A DNA stretch of 64,000 bases from Escherichia coli (GTDB taxonomy: Bacteria; Pseudomonadota; Gammaproteobacteria; Enterobacterales; Enterobacteriaceae), in the NCBI RefSeq assembly GCF_036507355.1, contig NZ_AP027877.1; one strand, written 5' to 3'. Of the stretch, positions 17,477-29,955 are shown one piece after another (within the stretch, counting starts at the first letter, position 1; each line of letters starts with the position of its first letter). The notes under the pieces were generated by a model. The model had not been told where the DNA came from, made no database searches, and saw only the letters and a list, made by a program, of their open reading frames with translations. The position numbers were made by a program, and so were the translations under genes.

Positions 17477-18766
17477 ATGAAAGTATTAGTGATTGGTAAC
17501 GGCGGGCGCGAGCACGCGCTGGCCTGGAAAGCGGCCCAGTCGCCGCTCGTTGAAACGGTTTTTGTTGCTCCGGGTAATGCAGGCACTGCACTGGAACCTG
17601 CGCTGCAAAACGTCGCCATCAATGTGACCGATATTCCGGCACTGCTGAGCTTTGCGCAGAATGAAAAAATTGACCTGACCATCGTTGGCCCGGAAGCGCC
17701 ACTGGTGATTGGCGTCGTTGACGCGTTCCGCGCAGCAGGTTTGAAAATATTCGGACCGACTGAGGGCGCCGCGCAACTCGAAGGTTCTAAAGCGTTTACC
17801 AAGGATTTCCTGGCACGCCACCACATCCCAACAGCGGAATACCAGAACTTCACCGAGATTGAGCCTGCGCTGGTGTATCTGCGCGAGAAAGGTGCACCGA
17901 TCGTTATCAAAGCAGACGGTCTGGCGGCGGGTAAAGGCGTAATCGTCGCGATGACACTCGAAGAAGCCGAAGCGGCCGTTCACGACATGCTGGCGGGTAA
18001 CGCTTTTGGCGACGCAGGTCACCGCATTGTTATCGAAGAATTCCTCGATGGCGAGGAAGCGAGCTTTATTGTGATGGTTGACGGCGAACACGTGTTACCG
18101 ATGGCCACCAGTCAGGATCATAAACGCGTGGGTGATAAGGACACCGGGCCAAACACAGGCGGAATGGGCGCTTACTCTCCTGCGCCGGTAGTGACTGATG
18201 AAGTTCATCAGCGCACGATGGAGCGCATCATCTGGCCAACCGTGAAAGGCATGGCAGCGGAAGGTAACACGTATACCGGTTTTCTGTATGCGGGCCTGAT
18301 GATCGACAAACAGGGCAATCCGAAGGTTATCGAATTCAACTGCCGCTTTGGCGATCCGGAAACCCAGCCGATTATGCTGCGCATGAAGTCCGATCTGGTT
18401 GAGCTTTGCCTGGCGGGCTGTGAAGGCAAGCTGGACGAAAAAAAATCCGAGTGGGATGAACGCGCATCGCTAGGTGTGGTGATGGCTGCGGGCGGTTATC
18501 CGGGTGATTATCGCAAGGGCGATGTGATCCACGGCCTGCCGCTGGAAGAAGTGGCAGGCGGCAAAGTGTTCCACGCGGGCACAAAACTGGCGGATGACGA
18601 GCAGGTGGTAACCAGCGGCGGGCGCGTACTGTGCGTCACCGCGCTGGGTCATACCGTGGCAGAAGCGCAGAAACGCGCCTACGCCTTAATGACCGATATC
18701 CACTGGGATGATTGCTTCTGCCGGAAAGATATCGGTTGGCGCGCCATCGAACGCGAGCAGAACTAA
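17477..18766 (+). CDS. purD: Phosphoribosylamine-glycine ligase (429 aa)
   Basis: ORF 17465..18766 contains MKVLVIGNGGREHALAWKAAQSPLVETVFVAPGNAGTA; start taken at MKVLV (ATG 17477), 12 bp after purH stop. Confidence 0.94.
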   Translation: MKVLVIGNGGREHALAWKAAQSPLVETVFVAPGNAGTALEPALQNVAINVTDIPALLSFAQNEKIDLTIVGPEAPLVIGVVDAFRAAGLKIFGPTEGAAQLEGSKAFTKDFLARHHIPTAEYQNFTEIEPALVYLREKGAPIVIKADGLAAGKGVIVAMTLEEAEAAVHDMLAGNAFGDAGHRIVIEEFLDGEEASFIVMVDGEHVLPMATSQDHKRVGDKDTGPNTGGMGAYSPAPVVTDEVHQRTMERIIWPTVKGMAAEGNTYTGFLYAGLMIDKQGNPKVIEFNCRFGDPETQPIMLRMKSDLVELCLAGCEGKLDEKKSEWDERASLGVVMAAGGYPGDYRKGDVIHGLPLEEVAGGKVFHAGTKLADDEQVVTSGGRVLCVTALGHTVAEAQKRAYALMTDIHWDDCFCRKDIGWRAIEREQN

Positions 18767-20088
18767 CGCGACAGTTTTGCCAATAGCGTTTTGCGCGTGA
18801 TCCCTAACTGACGGGCGGCTTCGGTTTTGTTGCCGCCCGTTTTCTCCAGTGCCGCCAGAATCACTTCTTTTTCGACTTCCACCAGCGGCTGAATATCCTG
18901 ACTTTGCCCCAGCGGGATCGGCGTACCGGCAATCGCCAGCGGCAGCTCGCGTTCGGAAATATATTCCCCGGTCAGCAGCACCACCGCCCGTTCCACCGCG
19001 TTTTCCAGTTCACGAATATTTCCCGGCCAGTCGTAGTGGATCAGCAAATCCATCGCCTGTGGCGTAAAGCCTTTTACCGCCTTGCGATTACGCTCGGCAA
19101 AGCGCTGAAGAAAATGGCCAGCCAGCAGAGGGATATCTTCCCTCCGTTGCCGCAGCGATGGTACTTCAATCGCCACCACATTCAGGCGATAGTAGAGATC
19201 CTGGCGAAAACGCCCGGCATTCACCTCTGCGGCAAGATCGCGATGGGTCGCCGCAATCAGCCGGACATCAACCGAGATAGTCTGGTTGCTACCGACACGC
19301 TGAACTTCGCGCTCCTGAATCGCACGCAGCAGACGCACCTGCATCATCGGCGAGATATCGCCAATTTCATCGAGAAACAGCGTGCCGCCGTCCGCCTCAA
19401 CAAAGCGCCCTTCCCGGCGTTTATCGGCTCCGGTAAACGCCCCTTTTTCGTGACCGAACAATTCAGATTCCAGCAAGGATTCGTTAAGTGCCGCACAGTT
19501 GAGCGTTACCAGCGGTTTTTCGCTACGTGCGCTACTGGCGTGAATCGCCTTGGCGACCAGCTCTTTACCGGTGCCGGAATCGCCGTGGATCAGCACCGTG
19601 GCTTCCGATGGCGCGACGAGGGAGATTTCACTGAGCAGGTGTTGCATCGCCGGGCTTTTACCGACCATACCGAACTGGCTGGCAGTCACCGCAGGTGTTT
19701 CAGCATCAATACTGTGTGTATGCGCGAGCGCCTTTTCCAGCGTCGCCTGTAGGTTATCGAAATCCAGCGGCTTGATGAGATAATCCAGCGCCCCAGTTTT
19801 CAGTGCCTCTACCGCCGTCTCGACGCTGGAGTACGCAGTCATAATCAGCACCGGAATTGCCGGGTTTAACGCTTTGATCTCTTTCAGCGTGGCGATGCCG
19901 TCCATCTCCGCCATTCGCACATCGCAAAGCACAAGATCAAAAACCTGTTCCCGCACCTGCTCCAGCGCCTGTCGCCCGCTGTTCGCCAGCGCGACGTTAT
20001 AGCCCCAGCCTCGCAGTAAAGCCTGCAAAATAGTGCAGTGGCTAATGTCATCATCCACCACCAGAATATCGATATTATCGTGCGTCAT
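18763..20088 (-). CDS. zraR: Sigma54-dependent response regulator ZraR/HydG (441 aa)
   Basis: ORF translation [44 protein letters not shown]... with [11 protein letters not shown]+ motif; ATG overlaps zraS stop (ATGA). Confidence 0.94.
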   Translation of the reverse strand: MTHDNIDILVVDDDISHCTILQALLRGWGYNVALANSGRQALEQVREQVFDLVLCDVRMAEMDGIATLKEIKALNPAIPVLIMTAYSSVETAVEALKTGALDYLIKPLDFDNLQATLEKALAHTHSIDAETPAVTASQFGMVGKSPAMQHLLSEISLVAPSEATVLIHGDSGTGKELVAKAIHASSARSEKPLVTLNCAALNESLLESELFGHEKGAFTGADKRREGRFVEADGGTLFLDEIGDISPMMQVRLLRAIQEREVQRVGSNQTISVDVRLIAATHRDLAAEVNAGRFRQDLYYRLNVVAIEVPSLRQRREDIPLLAGHFLQRFAERNRKAVKGFTPQAMDLLIHYDWPGNIRELENAVERAVVLLTGEYISERELPLAIAGTPIPLGQSQDIQPLVEVEKEVILAALEKTGGNKTEAARQLGITRKTLLAKLSR

Positions 20089-20278
20089 CCTTGTGGGTCC
20101 TTACGCGTAATATTGACCGGAAGCCAGAGGGTGAACGTTGCGCCTTTTCCCTTCTGGCTTGCGACCTGAATTGTACCACCGTGTTGTTCAACAATATTAT
20201 GCACGACCGCCAGCCCCAATCCGGTGCCTTCGGCTTTGGTGGTGAAGTACGGAGTGAAGATGGCTTCAAGCTGATCTG
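20085..20278 (-). pseudogene. zraS: zraS 3' fragment (C-terminal ~61 codons of the sensor kinase) separated from the rest by IS1
   Basis: Reverse-complement translates [61 protein letters not shown], carrying the HATPase G2 box GTGLGL; in frame with the 5' part once IS1 and one duplication copy are removed. Confidence 0.85.
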
Positions 20279-20293
20279 GGTAATGACTCCAAC

Positions 20294-20797
20294 TTATTGA
20301 TAGTGTTTTATGTTCAGATAATGCCCGATGACTTTGTCATGCAGCTCCACCGATTTTGAGAACGACAGCGACTTCCGTCCCAGCCGTGCCAGGTGCTGCC
20401 TCAGATTCAGGTTATGCCGCTCAATTCGCTGCGTATATCGCTTGCTGATTACGTGCAGCTTTCCCTTCAGGCGGGATTCATACAGCGGCCAGCCATCCGT
20501 CATCCATATCACCACGTCAAAGGGTGACAGCAGGCTCATAAGACGCCCCAGCGTCGCCATCGTGCGTTCACCGAATACGTGCGCAACAACCGTCTTCCGG
20601 AGCCTGTCATACGCGTAAAACAGCCAGCGCTGGCGCGATTTAGCCCCGACATAGCCCCACTGTTCGTCCATTTCCGCGCAGACGATGACGTCACTGCCCG
20701 GCTGTATGCGCGAGGTTACCGACTGCGGCCTGAGTTTTTTAAGTGACGTAAAATCGTGTTGAGGCCAATGCCCATAATGCGGGCTGTTGCCCGGCAT
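20294..20797 (-). CDS. insB: IS1 transposase InsB (167 aa; expressed as InsAB' fusion by -1 frameshift)
   Basis: ORF translation [64 protein letters not shown]... Confidence 0.93.
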   Translation of the reverse strand: MPGNSPHYGHWPQHDFTSLKKLRPQSVTSRIQPGSDVIVCAEMDEQWGYVGAKSRQRWLFYAYDRLRKTVVAHVFGERTMATLGRLMSLLSPFDVVIWMTDGWPLYESRLKGKLHVISKRYTQRIERHNLNLRQHLARLGRKSLSFSKSVELHDKVIGHYLNIKHYQ

Positions 20798-20991
20798 CCA
20801 ACGCCATTCATGGCCATATCAATGATTTTCTGGTGCGTACCGGGTTGAGAAGCGGTGTAAGTGAACTGCAGTTGCCATGTTTTACGGCAGTGAGAGCAGA
20901 GATAGCGCTGATGTCCGGCGGTGCTTTTGCCGTTACGCACCACCCCGTCAGTAGCTGAACAGGAGGGACAGCTGATAGAAACAGAAGCCAC
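20716..20991 (-). CDS. insA: IS1 InsA (91 aa)
   Basis: ORF translation [91 protein letters not shown]. Confidence 0.93.
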   Translation of the reverse strand: MASVSISCPSCSATDGVVRNGKSTAGHQRYLCSHCRKTWQLQFTYTASQPGTHQKIIDMAMNGVGCRATARIMGIGLNTILRHLKNSGRSR

Positions 20992-21046
20992 TGGAGCACC
21001 TCAAAAACACCATCATACACTAAATCAGTAAGTTGGCAGCATCACC

Positions 21047-22238
21047 GCTGATCTGCCGCAATTCCCTTACCGCTGTCGGTAACGCTGATTTTCACGCCCG
21101 CGCCGCTTTCGCTGGCCGTCACGCTAATCACGCCATGCTGACCAATCGCCTGAATAGCATTGAGATAGAGATTCAACAGGACCTGAGTCAGCCTGTCCGG
21201 ATCGGCCTGAATTTCCGGTAATGTGTCGTTGGCGGTAAAGCGTAACTGGATCTCCCGGCTGTTTGCATCCTGGCTTACCAGCTGTAATGAGTGGTTAATC
21301 AGAGTGTTGAGGTCCACCGCCTGCAAAGCCAGATGCGTTGGCTTAACCAGTTCCAGCAGCTCGCTTACCACGCGGTTTAATCGGTCAGCTTCTTTCGCCA
21401 TCACCTGCGCCAGTTGATGCGCTTCTCCCCCTGCAGGCGCGCGCTCGGCAAAGTATTTCGCCAGTCCTTTAATCGAGGAAAGTGGGTTACGGATTTCGTG
21501 GGCAACGCCTGCCGCAAGATGCCCCAGCGCCACCAGCTTCTCTTTGCGCTTCATTTCATCTTGTAGAAGCTGGCGCGAGCGCAGATAGCGGCGATACCAG
21601 AAGAATGACAATACGCTTGCCAGCAAGACCGTCGCCAGGGCGAAGAGGATAATCAGGGTGTTTCTCTGCTCACGATCTTCGGCACTCACAATATTACTGG
21701 CGTCGAAAGCGATGAAAATTGCTTGTGGTGTCGCGGCATACTGCTGCATATGGCGCATCCGGTGCATTCCAGCAGCAAACATCGGTTGAAACTGGCGATA
21801 AATTTCCAGAACAGGCTCGCCGTCTGCGCTATCGATCCGCCGCCACACTTCTTCATCTCCCGGATGTAACTGCTGCATTTCCTGCGGGGAATAAAGCTGT
21901 TTTCCCACCATGCCGGAGTTGCTATGCATCACGATTGTTCCTTGTTCATCCGTGACCGCAAACCAACGTACTCCAGGCTGCCCGGCTATTTCTTCCAGTA
22001 AGGCCTGCTGCTGCGCATGATGCATGCGCATCCCCATGCCGACGCGCGAGCCGGATTCAAGAGCGCGAATAAGTACACTGCCTTTTTCCAGCAGCGTTTG
22101 TCTGGCGGCGGCAGTCTCGCGCCCATAATCGCGAATCACCGTCACCGCAAACAACCCTACCAGCCCAACAATGACCACGGGGAGGATCGCGCTTAACCAT
22201 TTAGCTAAGGAGTCTTTAGAACGTTGCATAAAACGCAT
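21047..22238 (-). pseudogene. zraS: zraS 5' portion (397 codons) truncated by IS1; stop codon supplied by IS1 terminal repeat
   Basis: ORF 21042..22238 (MRFMQRSKDSLAKWLSAILPVVIVGL...HEIRNPLSSIKGL...VTDSGKGIAADQR*) ends at a TGA inside the IS1 end; H-box, N-box and G1 box present, G2 box missing. Confidence 0.88.
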
Positions 22239-22269
22239 CTTCTTCTTTGCCTGTTCATCCCTTTTTACC

Positions 22270-22285
22270 AGCAGAAATCATGCCA
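22270..22285 (-). promoter_or_regulatory. Candidate sigma54 promoter for zraSR
   Basis: Minus-strand TGGCATGATTTCTGCT has GG and GC at canonical -24/-12 spacing, ~30 nt upstream of zraS start. Confidence 0.55.
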
Positions 22286-22336
22286 TCTTTTATCGCCACC
22301 GACTCTGCGCTGTAACACAAAGACTTAAGTTTCAAT

Positions 22337-22382
22337 GAGTAAAAATGACTCGCTACCCACAGCAGGCGAGTCATTTTTACTC
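22337..22382. promoter_or_regulatory. 17-bp-arm inverted repeat, probable ZraR enhancer-binding site
   Basis: gagtaaaaatgactcgc-N12-gcgagtcatttttactc, perfect inverted repeat between the divergent zraP and zraS sigma54 promoters. Confidence 0.65.
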
Positions 22383-22424
22383 GTTTATCATGCCAGATTG
22401 CCCGTCATATCAGCGTTTCGTTGT

Positions 22425-22440
22425 TGGCACGGAAGATGCA
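22425..22440 (+). promoter_or_regulatory. Sigma54 promoter for zraP
   Basis: TGGCACGGAAGATGCA matches TGGCACG-N4-TTGCA at -24/-12 spacing, 36 bp upstream of zraP ATG. Confidence 0.7.
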
Positions 22441-22475
22441 ATACCCGAAGTAAGACAACCACTGGAAGATTAACC

Positions 22476-22895
22476 ATGAAACGGAACACGAAAATTGCCC
22501 TGGTGATGATGGCGCTTTCAGCAATGGCGATGGGATCGACATCTGCATTTGCTCACGGCGGACACGGTATGTGGCAGCAAAATGCCGCGCCTTTGACCAG
22601 CGAACAACAGACAGCGTGGCAGAAAATCCATAATGACTTTTACGCTCAAAGCAGCGCACTGCAACAGCAACTGGTGACGAAGCGTTATGAATACAATGCC
22701 CTGTTAGCCGCGAACCCACCGGATAGCAGCAAAATTAACGCGGTCGCCAAAGAGATGGAGAATTTGCGTCAGTCGTTAGATGAGTTACGGGTGAAACGGG
22801 ATATTGCGATGGCTGAAGCGGGTATTCCGCGCGGTACCGGAATGGGTTACGGCGGCTGCGGTGGTGGCGGTCATATGGGTATGGGCCACTGGTAA
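22476..22895 (+). CDS. zraP: Zinc-responsive periplasmic chaperone ZraP (139 aa with signal peptide)
   Basis: ORF 22335..22895 contains MKRNTKIALVMMALSAMAMGSTSAFAHGGHGMWQQ... and Gly/His-rich C-terminus GYGGCGGGGHMGMGHW; start taken at MKRNT. Confidence 0.9.
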   Translation: MKRNTKIALVMMALSAMAMGSTSAFAHGGHGMWQQNAAPLTSEQQTAWQKIHNDFYAQSSALQQQLVTKRYEYNALLAANPPDSSKINAVAKEMENLRQSLDELRVKRDIAMAEAGIPRGTGMGYGGCGGGGHMGMGHW

Positions 22896-22896
22896 A

Positions 22897-23598
22897 TCAG
22901 AACGTTTTCTCGTTGGGTTGCCAGCGACAGAAATCAGAGTTTGCCACTAACAGTAATTGCGAACCTTCGGGCGCTTCCAGCCATGCCATGCTGACATCAA
23001 CAGAAGAGCGGCTCTGGCGGCGCTCGATATGCGCTATCGCCTGCGAATCTAAATCAGGTTTAATGGTTTGCCCTTCGCAGGTGGTCACAGTCTGTTCCAT
23101 CGCATGCCAGCGCCCCTGGCGCAGCACGACTCTCCCCTGACGTAAGGCATCGCTAATCTGGCGGATCTGATCAGCACGATAACGGTATAAATCGATTTGG
23201 TCGTTAGAAAGCTGCTGCTTTTCCCCATCGGATTCGCGTTGCATAAAGCTCAGATCGCCGCGATCGTCAAAACGCGCGCGAATATTCACCGGGGGTTTGC
23301 TGTAAACATTGATATTGATGAGCGTGAGGTTATCGCCCTGCCAGCGATACTCTCGCGTCGTGGTATCGCCACTGCGCCACGGGCTAAACACGGCAAGAAG
23401 ATGCACATTATCGCCGCTGTCTTTTCGCCAGATGCGTACCGCGCCCTGGTCTTCAGCAAATCCACTGGCGGTAAAGGGAGGAAGTGAAGAGTTGTGACTA
23501 CAAGCAGTGAGAAACAGAGCGCCAGCCAGCATCAATGATCGACGCCAGAAAGACAAAAGGGGTGAAACCACCCCTTCGTTAAAACTGTTCACTGCCAC
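22897..23598 (-). CDS. yjaH: DUF3251 protein YjaH (about 231-233 aa, predicted signal peptide)
   Basis: ORF translation MAVNSFNEGVVSPLLSFWRRSLMLAGALFLTACSHNSSLPPFTASGFAEDQG...; position between zraP and hupA. Confidence 0.8.
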   Translation of the reverse strand: MAVNSFNEGVVSPLLSFWRRSLMLAGALFLTACSHNSSLPPFTASGFAEDQGAVRIWRKDSGDNVHLLAVFSPWRSGDTTTREYRWQGDNLTLININVYSKPPVNIRARFDDRGDLSFMQRESDGEKQQLSNDQIDLYRYRADQIRQISDALRQGRVVLRQGRWHAMEQTVTTCEGQTIKPDLDSQAIAHIERRQSRSSVDVSMAWLEAPEGSQLLLVANSDFCRWQPNEKTF

Positions 23599-23604
23599 GC
23601 AATC

Positions 23605-23877
23605 TTACTTAACTGCGTCTTTCAGTGCCTTGCCAGAAACAAATGCCGGTACGTTAGCTGCGGCAATTTTGATTTCTTTACCGGTCTGCGGGTTGCGGCC
23701 AGTACGCTCAGCGCGGTGGTTCACTTTGAAGGTACCGAAACCAACCAGTTGTACAGCATCGCCTTCTTTCAGAGACTCAGTAATTGCAGCCAGAGTGGAC
23801 TCCAGAGCAGCTTTAGCCTGGGTTTTGGACAGTTCTGCTTTCTCTGCAATTACATCAATCAGTTGAGTCTTGTTCAT
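23605..23877 (-). CDS. hupA: DNA-binding protein HU-alpha (90 aa)
   Basis: ORF translation [90 protein letters not shown]. Confidence 0.96.
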
Positions 23878-24063
23878 AAGTTATCCTTACAATGTGTTTA
23901 TCGCTTGCTAAGCATCGAGTGCGACGGAAATGCCAGAATAGCACTCTCCTGCATACACGCACCGATAGCCACTTTTTTTCGCCCCCCAAATGTAGACCAG
24001 ACGGGGGGCGAAAGGGAAGACTCCAGGTACGACAAATCAGGCGTTAAATCACGTTTTCTGGTC

Positions 24064-24654
24064 TTATTGCTGAAAAATTATACCAATATTGCTCTCACCC
24101 GCCTCACGCAGGTCTGCCCTAAGGCCTTTTATCAACTCGATATCGCGTTCTTCGCACTCAGCTAAAAGTCGGAATATTTCCCACTGAATGTCCCATTCTT
24201 GCTCTACAGCTGGGTTTTCTTTGAGCTCTTCATCGCTCATTTCGCGACCAGCCTGAGTCATTTCCAGCATCGCAACGGTCGTGATGGAGGTCTTACTCAC
24301 TTCCACCGCGTGTTCGAGCGTTTCACCACTCAAACGCGAATGGACCAGTTCACTTAACGCCACGCAGGCATCGATTGCCGGATAAACGCCGTACAGATCG
24401 AAATCGTCGGCTGAAGGAATCGCTTCTTCAAATTTCTCCAGTTGGCTGTCGAAATTTACTTTTGCGTCTTTAACGGTCAGCGTTTCCCAGATGAGATCGA
24501 GAATACGACGGTAAATTTGCCCATCACCAAAACCGGTTTGCTGGCAGAACATGGCGTAATTGGGGTACATGCGTTCGCATAAGCAAGCCATGAAAGTGAC
24601 ATGCTGCCAGCTTTCCAGGCGCTCCAGACGCAGATGAATTGGGTTTTGTAACAT
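24064..24654 (-). CDS. yjaG: DUF416 protein YjaG (196 aa)
   Basis: ORF translation MLQNPIHLRLERLESWQHVTFMACLCERMYPNYAMFCQQTGFGDGQIYRRILD... Confidence 0.85.
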   Translation of the reverse strand: MLQNPIHLRLERLESWQHVTFMACLCERMYPNYAMFCQQTGFGDGQIYRRILDLIWETLTVKDAKVNFDSQLEKFEEAIPSADDFDLYGVYPAIDACVALSELVHSRLSGETLEHAVEVSKTSITTVAMLEMTQAGREMSDEELKENPAVEQEWDIQWEIFRLLAECEERDIELIKGLRADLREAGESNIGIIFQQ

Positions 24655-24696
24655 GTTGAGTTCTCAAATACGGAAATTATCCGCAGTTTACCTGAA

Positions 24697-25368
24697 TTAG
24701 GGCTGATTTGCTGTATAGCGCACGAACGCCGGACGTTCCGAGGCCACCGCGTCCGCCCAGCGCGTTGGCTCCGGCAGACGATAGCCTTTCATGCAGCGTT
24801 GTACCCACGCCAGCGCGCTGTCCACGCTGACCCGATGGCCGGTAGCGATAAACAACGGGTTACAGCGCGCTTTGCTGCGCCAGACCCAGGCCAGCTGCTC
24901 GCCTTTATCCATCAGTGGGGCCAGCGCGCCCGGTTCGCTGGAGAGCGGTTCGAATTTACCGCATAGTCGTTTTTTCGCTACGCCAATGGTCGGCACATCC
25001 ACCAGCAAACCAAAATGGCTGGCAACGCCAAGACGGCGAGGATGCGAGATCCCATGACCATCGACAAACACTAAATCCGGCTTTTGTGACAGCATCTCCC
25101 ACGCTGCCAGCAGCGCAGGATATTCGCGGAAGGAAAGAAAACCTGGAATGTAAGGCATGGTGGTGGCGATACGAGCCACTTTATACTCCACCAGCTCAAG
25201 CGAGGGGTATTTCAGCAGCACCATCGCCGCTCGCGTCACTTCTCCGCCCTGCTCAAACCCGACATCGGCTCCGGCGATCAGATCCGGCGGATCCTTATCG
25301 AGTCGATCCTCGCGGATCACAGAAGAAGCCAGTTCGATTTGTTGAGCGCGTAATGACGCGAGATCCAT
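24697..25368 (-). CDS. nfi: Endonuclease V (223 aa)
   Basis: ORF translation [87 protein letters not shown]. Confidence 0.92.
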
Positions 25369-25377
25369 AATCGCTCC

Positions 25378-26442
25378 TTAGCGGTGATACTGTTCAGACA
25401 ATCGATGCACTGCCTCCACGAACACGCCAGCATGTTCTGGCGGCACATCCTGATGAATGCCGTGACCAAGGTTAAAGACATGACCTTCGCCGTGACCGAA
25501 ACCTGCAAGTATAGTCGCTACTTCTTCTTCAATGCGAGCAGGCGGCGCGTACAGCATCGACGGATCCATATTACCCTGCAACGCGACTTTATTGCCCACA
25601 CGGCGGCGCGCATCGGCGATGTCCGTTGTCCAGTCGAGGCCCAGCGCATCGCAACCGGTTTCTGCCATGGCTTCCAGCCACTGTCCGCCGCCTTTGGTAA
25701 ACAGCGTGACCGGTACGCGGCGACCGTCGTTTTCACGCAGTAAACCATCAACAATTTTATGCATGTAATAAAGCGAGAACTGTTGATAATCGCGCCCGGT
25801 AAGCACGCCGCCCCAGGTGTCGAAAATCATCACAGCCTGAGCACCGGCTTTAATCTGCGCATTCAGATACAAAGTGACGCTTTTCGCCAGTTTATCGAGT
25901 AGAGCGTGCAGCGCCTGCGGATCGGCATACATCATTTTTTTGATCACGGTGAACGCTTTGCTGCTGCCGCCTTCCACCATGTAGGTCGCCAGCGTCCACG
26001 GGCTGCCGGAAAAACCAATCAGCGGCACTTCGCCTTTCAGTTCGCGACGAATGGTACGCACCGCGTTCATCACGTACCCCAGTTCATCTTCCGGGTCCGG
26101 AATTGGCAGTTTATCGACGTCGGCTTTGCAGGTGACTGGCGAGGTAAAACGCGGACCTTCTCCGGCTTCAAAATAGAGCCCTAACCCCATCGCGTCCGGC
26201 ACGGTGAGGATATCGGAAAAGAGGATCGCCGCATCCAGCGGGTAGCGACGCAGCGGTTGCAAAGTCACTTCGCACGCCAGCTCGGCGTTTTTGCACAGCG
26301 ACATAAAATCGCCTGCCTGGGCGCGCGTGGCTTTATATTCCGGTAGATAGCGACCCGCCTGGCGCATCATCCATACTGGAGTGACATCAACGGGCTGGCG
26401 CAGCAGCGCCCGCAGATAACGATCGTTTTTAAGTTCGGTCAT
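25378..26442 (-). CDS. hemE: Uroporphyrinogen decarboxylase (354 aa)
   Basis: ORF translation [64 protein letters not shown]. Confidence 0.95.
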   Translation of the reverse strand: MTELKNDRYLRALLRQPVDVTPVWMMRQAGRYLPEYKATRAQAGDFMSLCKNAELACEVTLQPLRRYPLDAAILFSDILTVPDAMGLGLYFEAGEGPRFTSPVTCKADVDKLPIPDPEDELGYVMNAVRTIRRELKGEVPLIGFSGSPWTLATYMVEGGSSKAFTVIKKMMYADPQALHALLDKLAKSVTLYLNAQIKAGAQAVMIFDTWGGVLTGRDYQQFSLYYMHKIVDGLLRENDGRRVPVTLFTKGGGQWLEAMAETGCDALGLDWTTDIADARRRVGNKVALQGNMDPSMLYAPPARIEEEVATILAGFGHGEGHVFNLGHGIHQDVPPEHAGVFVEAVHRLSEQYHR

Positions 26443-26481
26443 TTTGGCTGTTCCTTAGTGCGTCAGGCGGTCAGTGTATCA

Positions 26482-27255
26482 TCACTCATACTCTGCCCGA
26501 CACATCGCCACCGTATCTTCTATCAGACGGCGCGCTACGGTGCCGGGCGGCGGGAGTAACGGCAAATCGTCATAGCGATACCAGTTCGCCTCGAGCAATT
26601 CTTTCGGGTCGATCACGATGTCGCCGCTGTCATATTCCGCCATAAACGCGGTCATTAAAGACTGAGGAAACGGCCACGGCTGGGAAGTCACATAACGCAA
26701 GTGTTTAACTTTAATTCCGCTCTCTTCCATCACTTCCCGCGCGACCGCCTGCTCGAGGGTTTCGCCCACTTCGACGAATCCGGCAAGTACAGTATGGACA
26801 CCGTTACGATGGCGGGTATGCTGGGCGAGGAGGATCGAATCATCGCGACGGATGGCAACAATAATGCAGGGGGCGATTTGCGGGTAGTAACGCTCACGGC
26901 AATGGCTGCACAGCATCGCCCATTCGGTTTTGCTTGGATACATTTCATGCCCGCAGTAACCACAGTATTTATGCGATCGGTAAAACTCCGCCAGTTGCAC
27001 GCCACGTCCGGCCAGTTGAAACAGCCCAACATCGAGATCAATGACCTGACGTACCGACCCCATATCGTGACGCCGCTGCTGTTGTATTAACCAAACAGGT
27101 TCCCCCTGCCATTCGCCGATTTGTAGTGCGCGCTGACCCACAAGATCGAAATTTGCCGCTTCGCCATATGGCAATTCTCCCTTCGGCAACCATAATTTTT
27201 GTTCATGGCTGACGACCCACCAGCCGTGATCTAATTTTTCAATTATACGATCCAT
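26482..27255 (-). CDS. nudC: NADH pyrophosphatase / RNA decapping Nudix hydrolase (257 aa)
   Basis: ORF translation [60 protein letters not shown]... with zinc-binding C-x2-C...C-x2-C and Nudix box. Confidence 0.93.
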   Translation of the reverse strand: MDRIIEKLDHGWWVVSHEQKLWLPKGELPYGEAANFDLVGQRALQIGEWQGEPVWLIQQQRRHDMGSVRQVIDLDVGLFQLAGRGVQLAEFYRSHKYCGYCGHEMYPSKTEWAMLCSHCRERYYPQIAPCIIVAIRRDDSILLAQHTRHRNGVHTVLAGFVEVGETLEQAVAREVMEESGIKVKHLRYVTSQPWPFPQSLMTAFMAEYDSGDIVIDPKELLEANWYRYDDLPLLPPPGTVARRLIEDTVAMCRAEYE

Positions 27256-27349
27256 AGCTCTTGCACTACCTTTGCATCACTGGCATGTTTAACATGGTTT
27301 TTACATTTCTCACTGAGCAGTTTTTGAATACAAACTTGCGGAGTCAATC

Positions 27350-27826
27350 ATGCTTAACCAGCTCGATAACCTGACGGAGCGCGTCAGAGGAAGTAACAAA
27401 CTGGTTGATCGCTGGCTACATGTACGTAAGCATCTGCTCGTGGCTTACTACAATCTGGTTGGCATTAAGCCTGGCAAAGAATCGTACATGAGGCTAAACG
27501 AAAAAGCCCTTGATGATTTTTGTCAGAGCCTGGTCGATTACTTGTCTGCCGGGCATTTCAGTATTTATGAGCGCATTCTTCATAAGCTGGAAGGCAACGG
27601 GCAACTCGCGCGCGCCGCGAAGATTTGGCCGCAACTCGAAGCCAATACCCAACAGATTATGGATTACTACGATTCCAGCCTGGAAACCGCCATCGATCAT
27701 GATAATTACCTTGAGTTTCAACAGGTTTTATCTGACATCGGCGAGGCGCTGGAAGCGCGCTTTGTGCTGGAAGATAAGCTGATTCTGCTGGTGCTTGACG
27801 CTGCCCGCGTCAAACATCCTGCTTGA
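27350..27826 (+). CDS. rsd: Regulator of sigma D (anti-sigma70 factor) (158 aa)
   Basis: ORF translation MLNQLDNLTERVRGSNKLVDRWLHVRKHLLVAYYNLVGIKPGKESYMRLNEKALDDFCQSLVDYLSAGHF. Confidence 0.93.
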   Translation: MLNQLDNLTERVRGSNKLVDRWLHVRKHLLVAYYNLVGIKPGKESYMRLNEKALDDFCQSLVDYLSAGHFSIYERILHKLEGNGQLARAAKIWPQLEANTQQIMDYYDSSLETAIDHDNYLEFQQVLSDIGEALEARFVLEDKLILLVLDAARVKHPA

Positions 27827-27879
27827 GTTCTGCGCTGTTAACGCGTAATTTACATTCAACGCCCCGTTTGTGGGGGCTA

Positions 27880-29954
<2,075 letters not shown>

Positions 29955-29955
<1 letters not shown>

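Larger units (their letters stand above)
20279..21046 (-). mobile_element. IS1 insertion sequence (768 bp, complete) flanked by 9-bp direct repeat gctgatctg
   Basis: Ends ggtaatgactccaacttattgatagtgtttt (20279...) and ...taagttggcagcatcacc (21046); target duplication at 20270-20278 and 21047-21055; contains insA and insB and the A6C frameshift motif (20732-20742). Confidence 0.95.

Noticed and set aside
16086-17591. 501-aa minus-strand ORF
   Set aside because: Antisense to purH and the start of purD; no RBS or recognisable protein features. Same artefact class.
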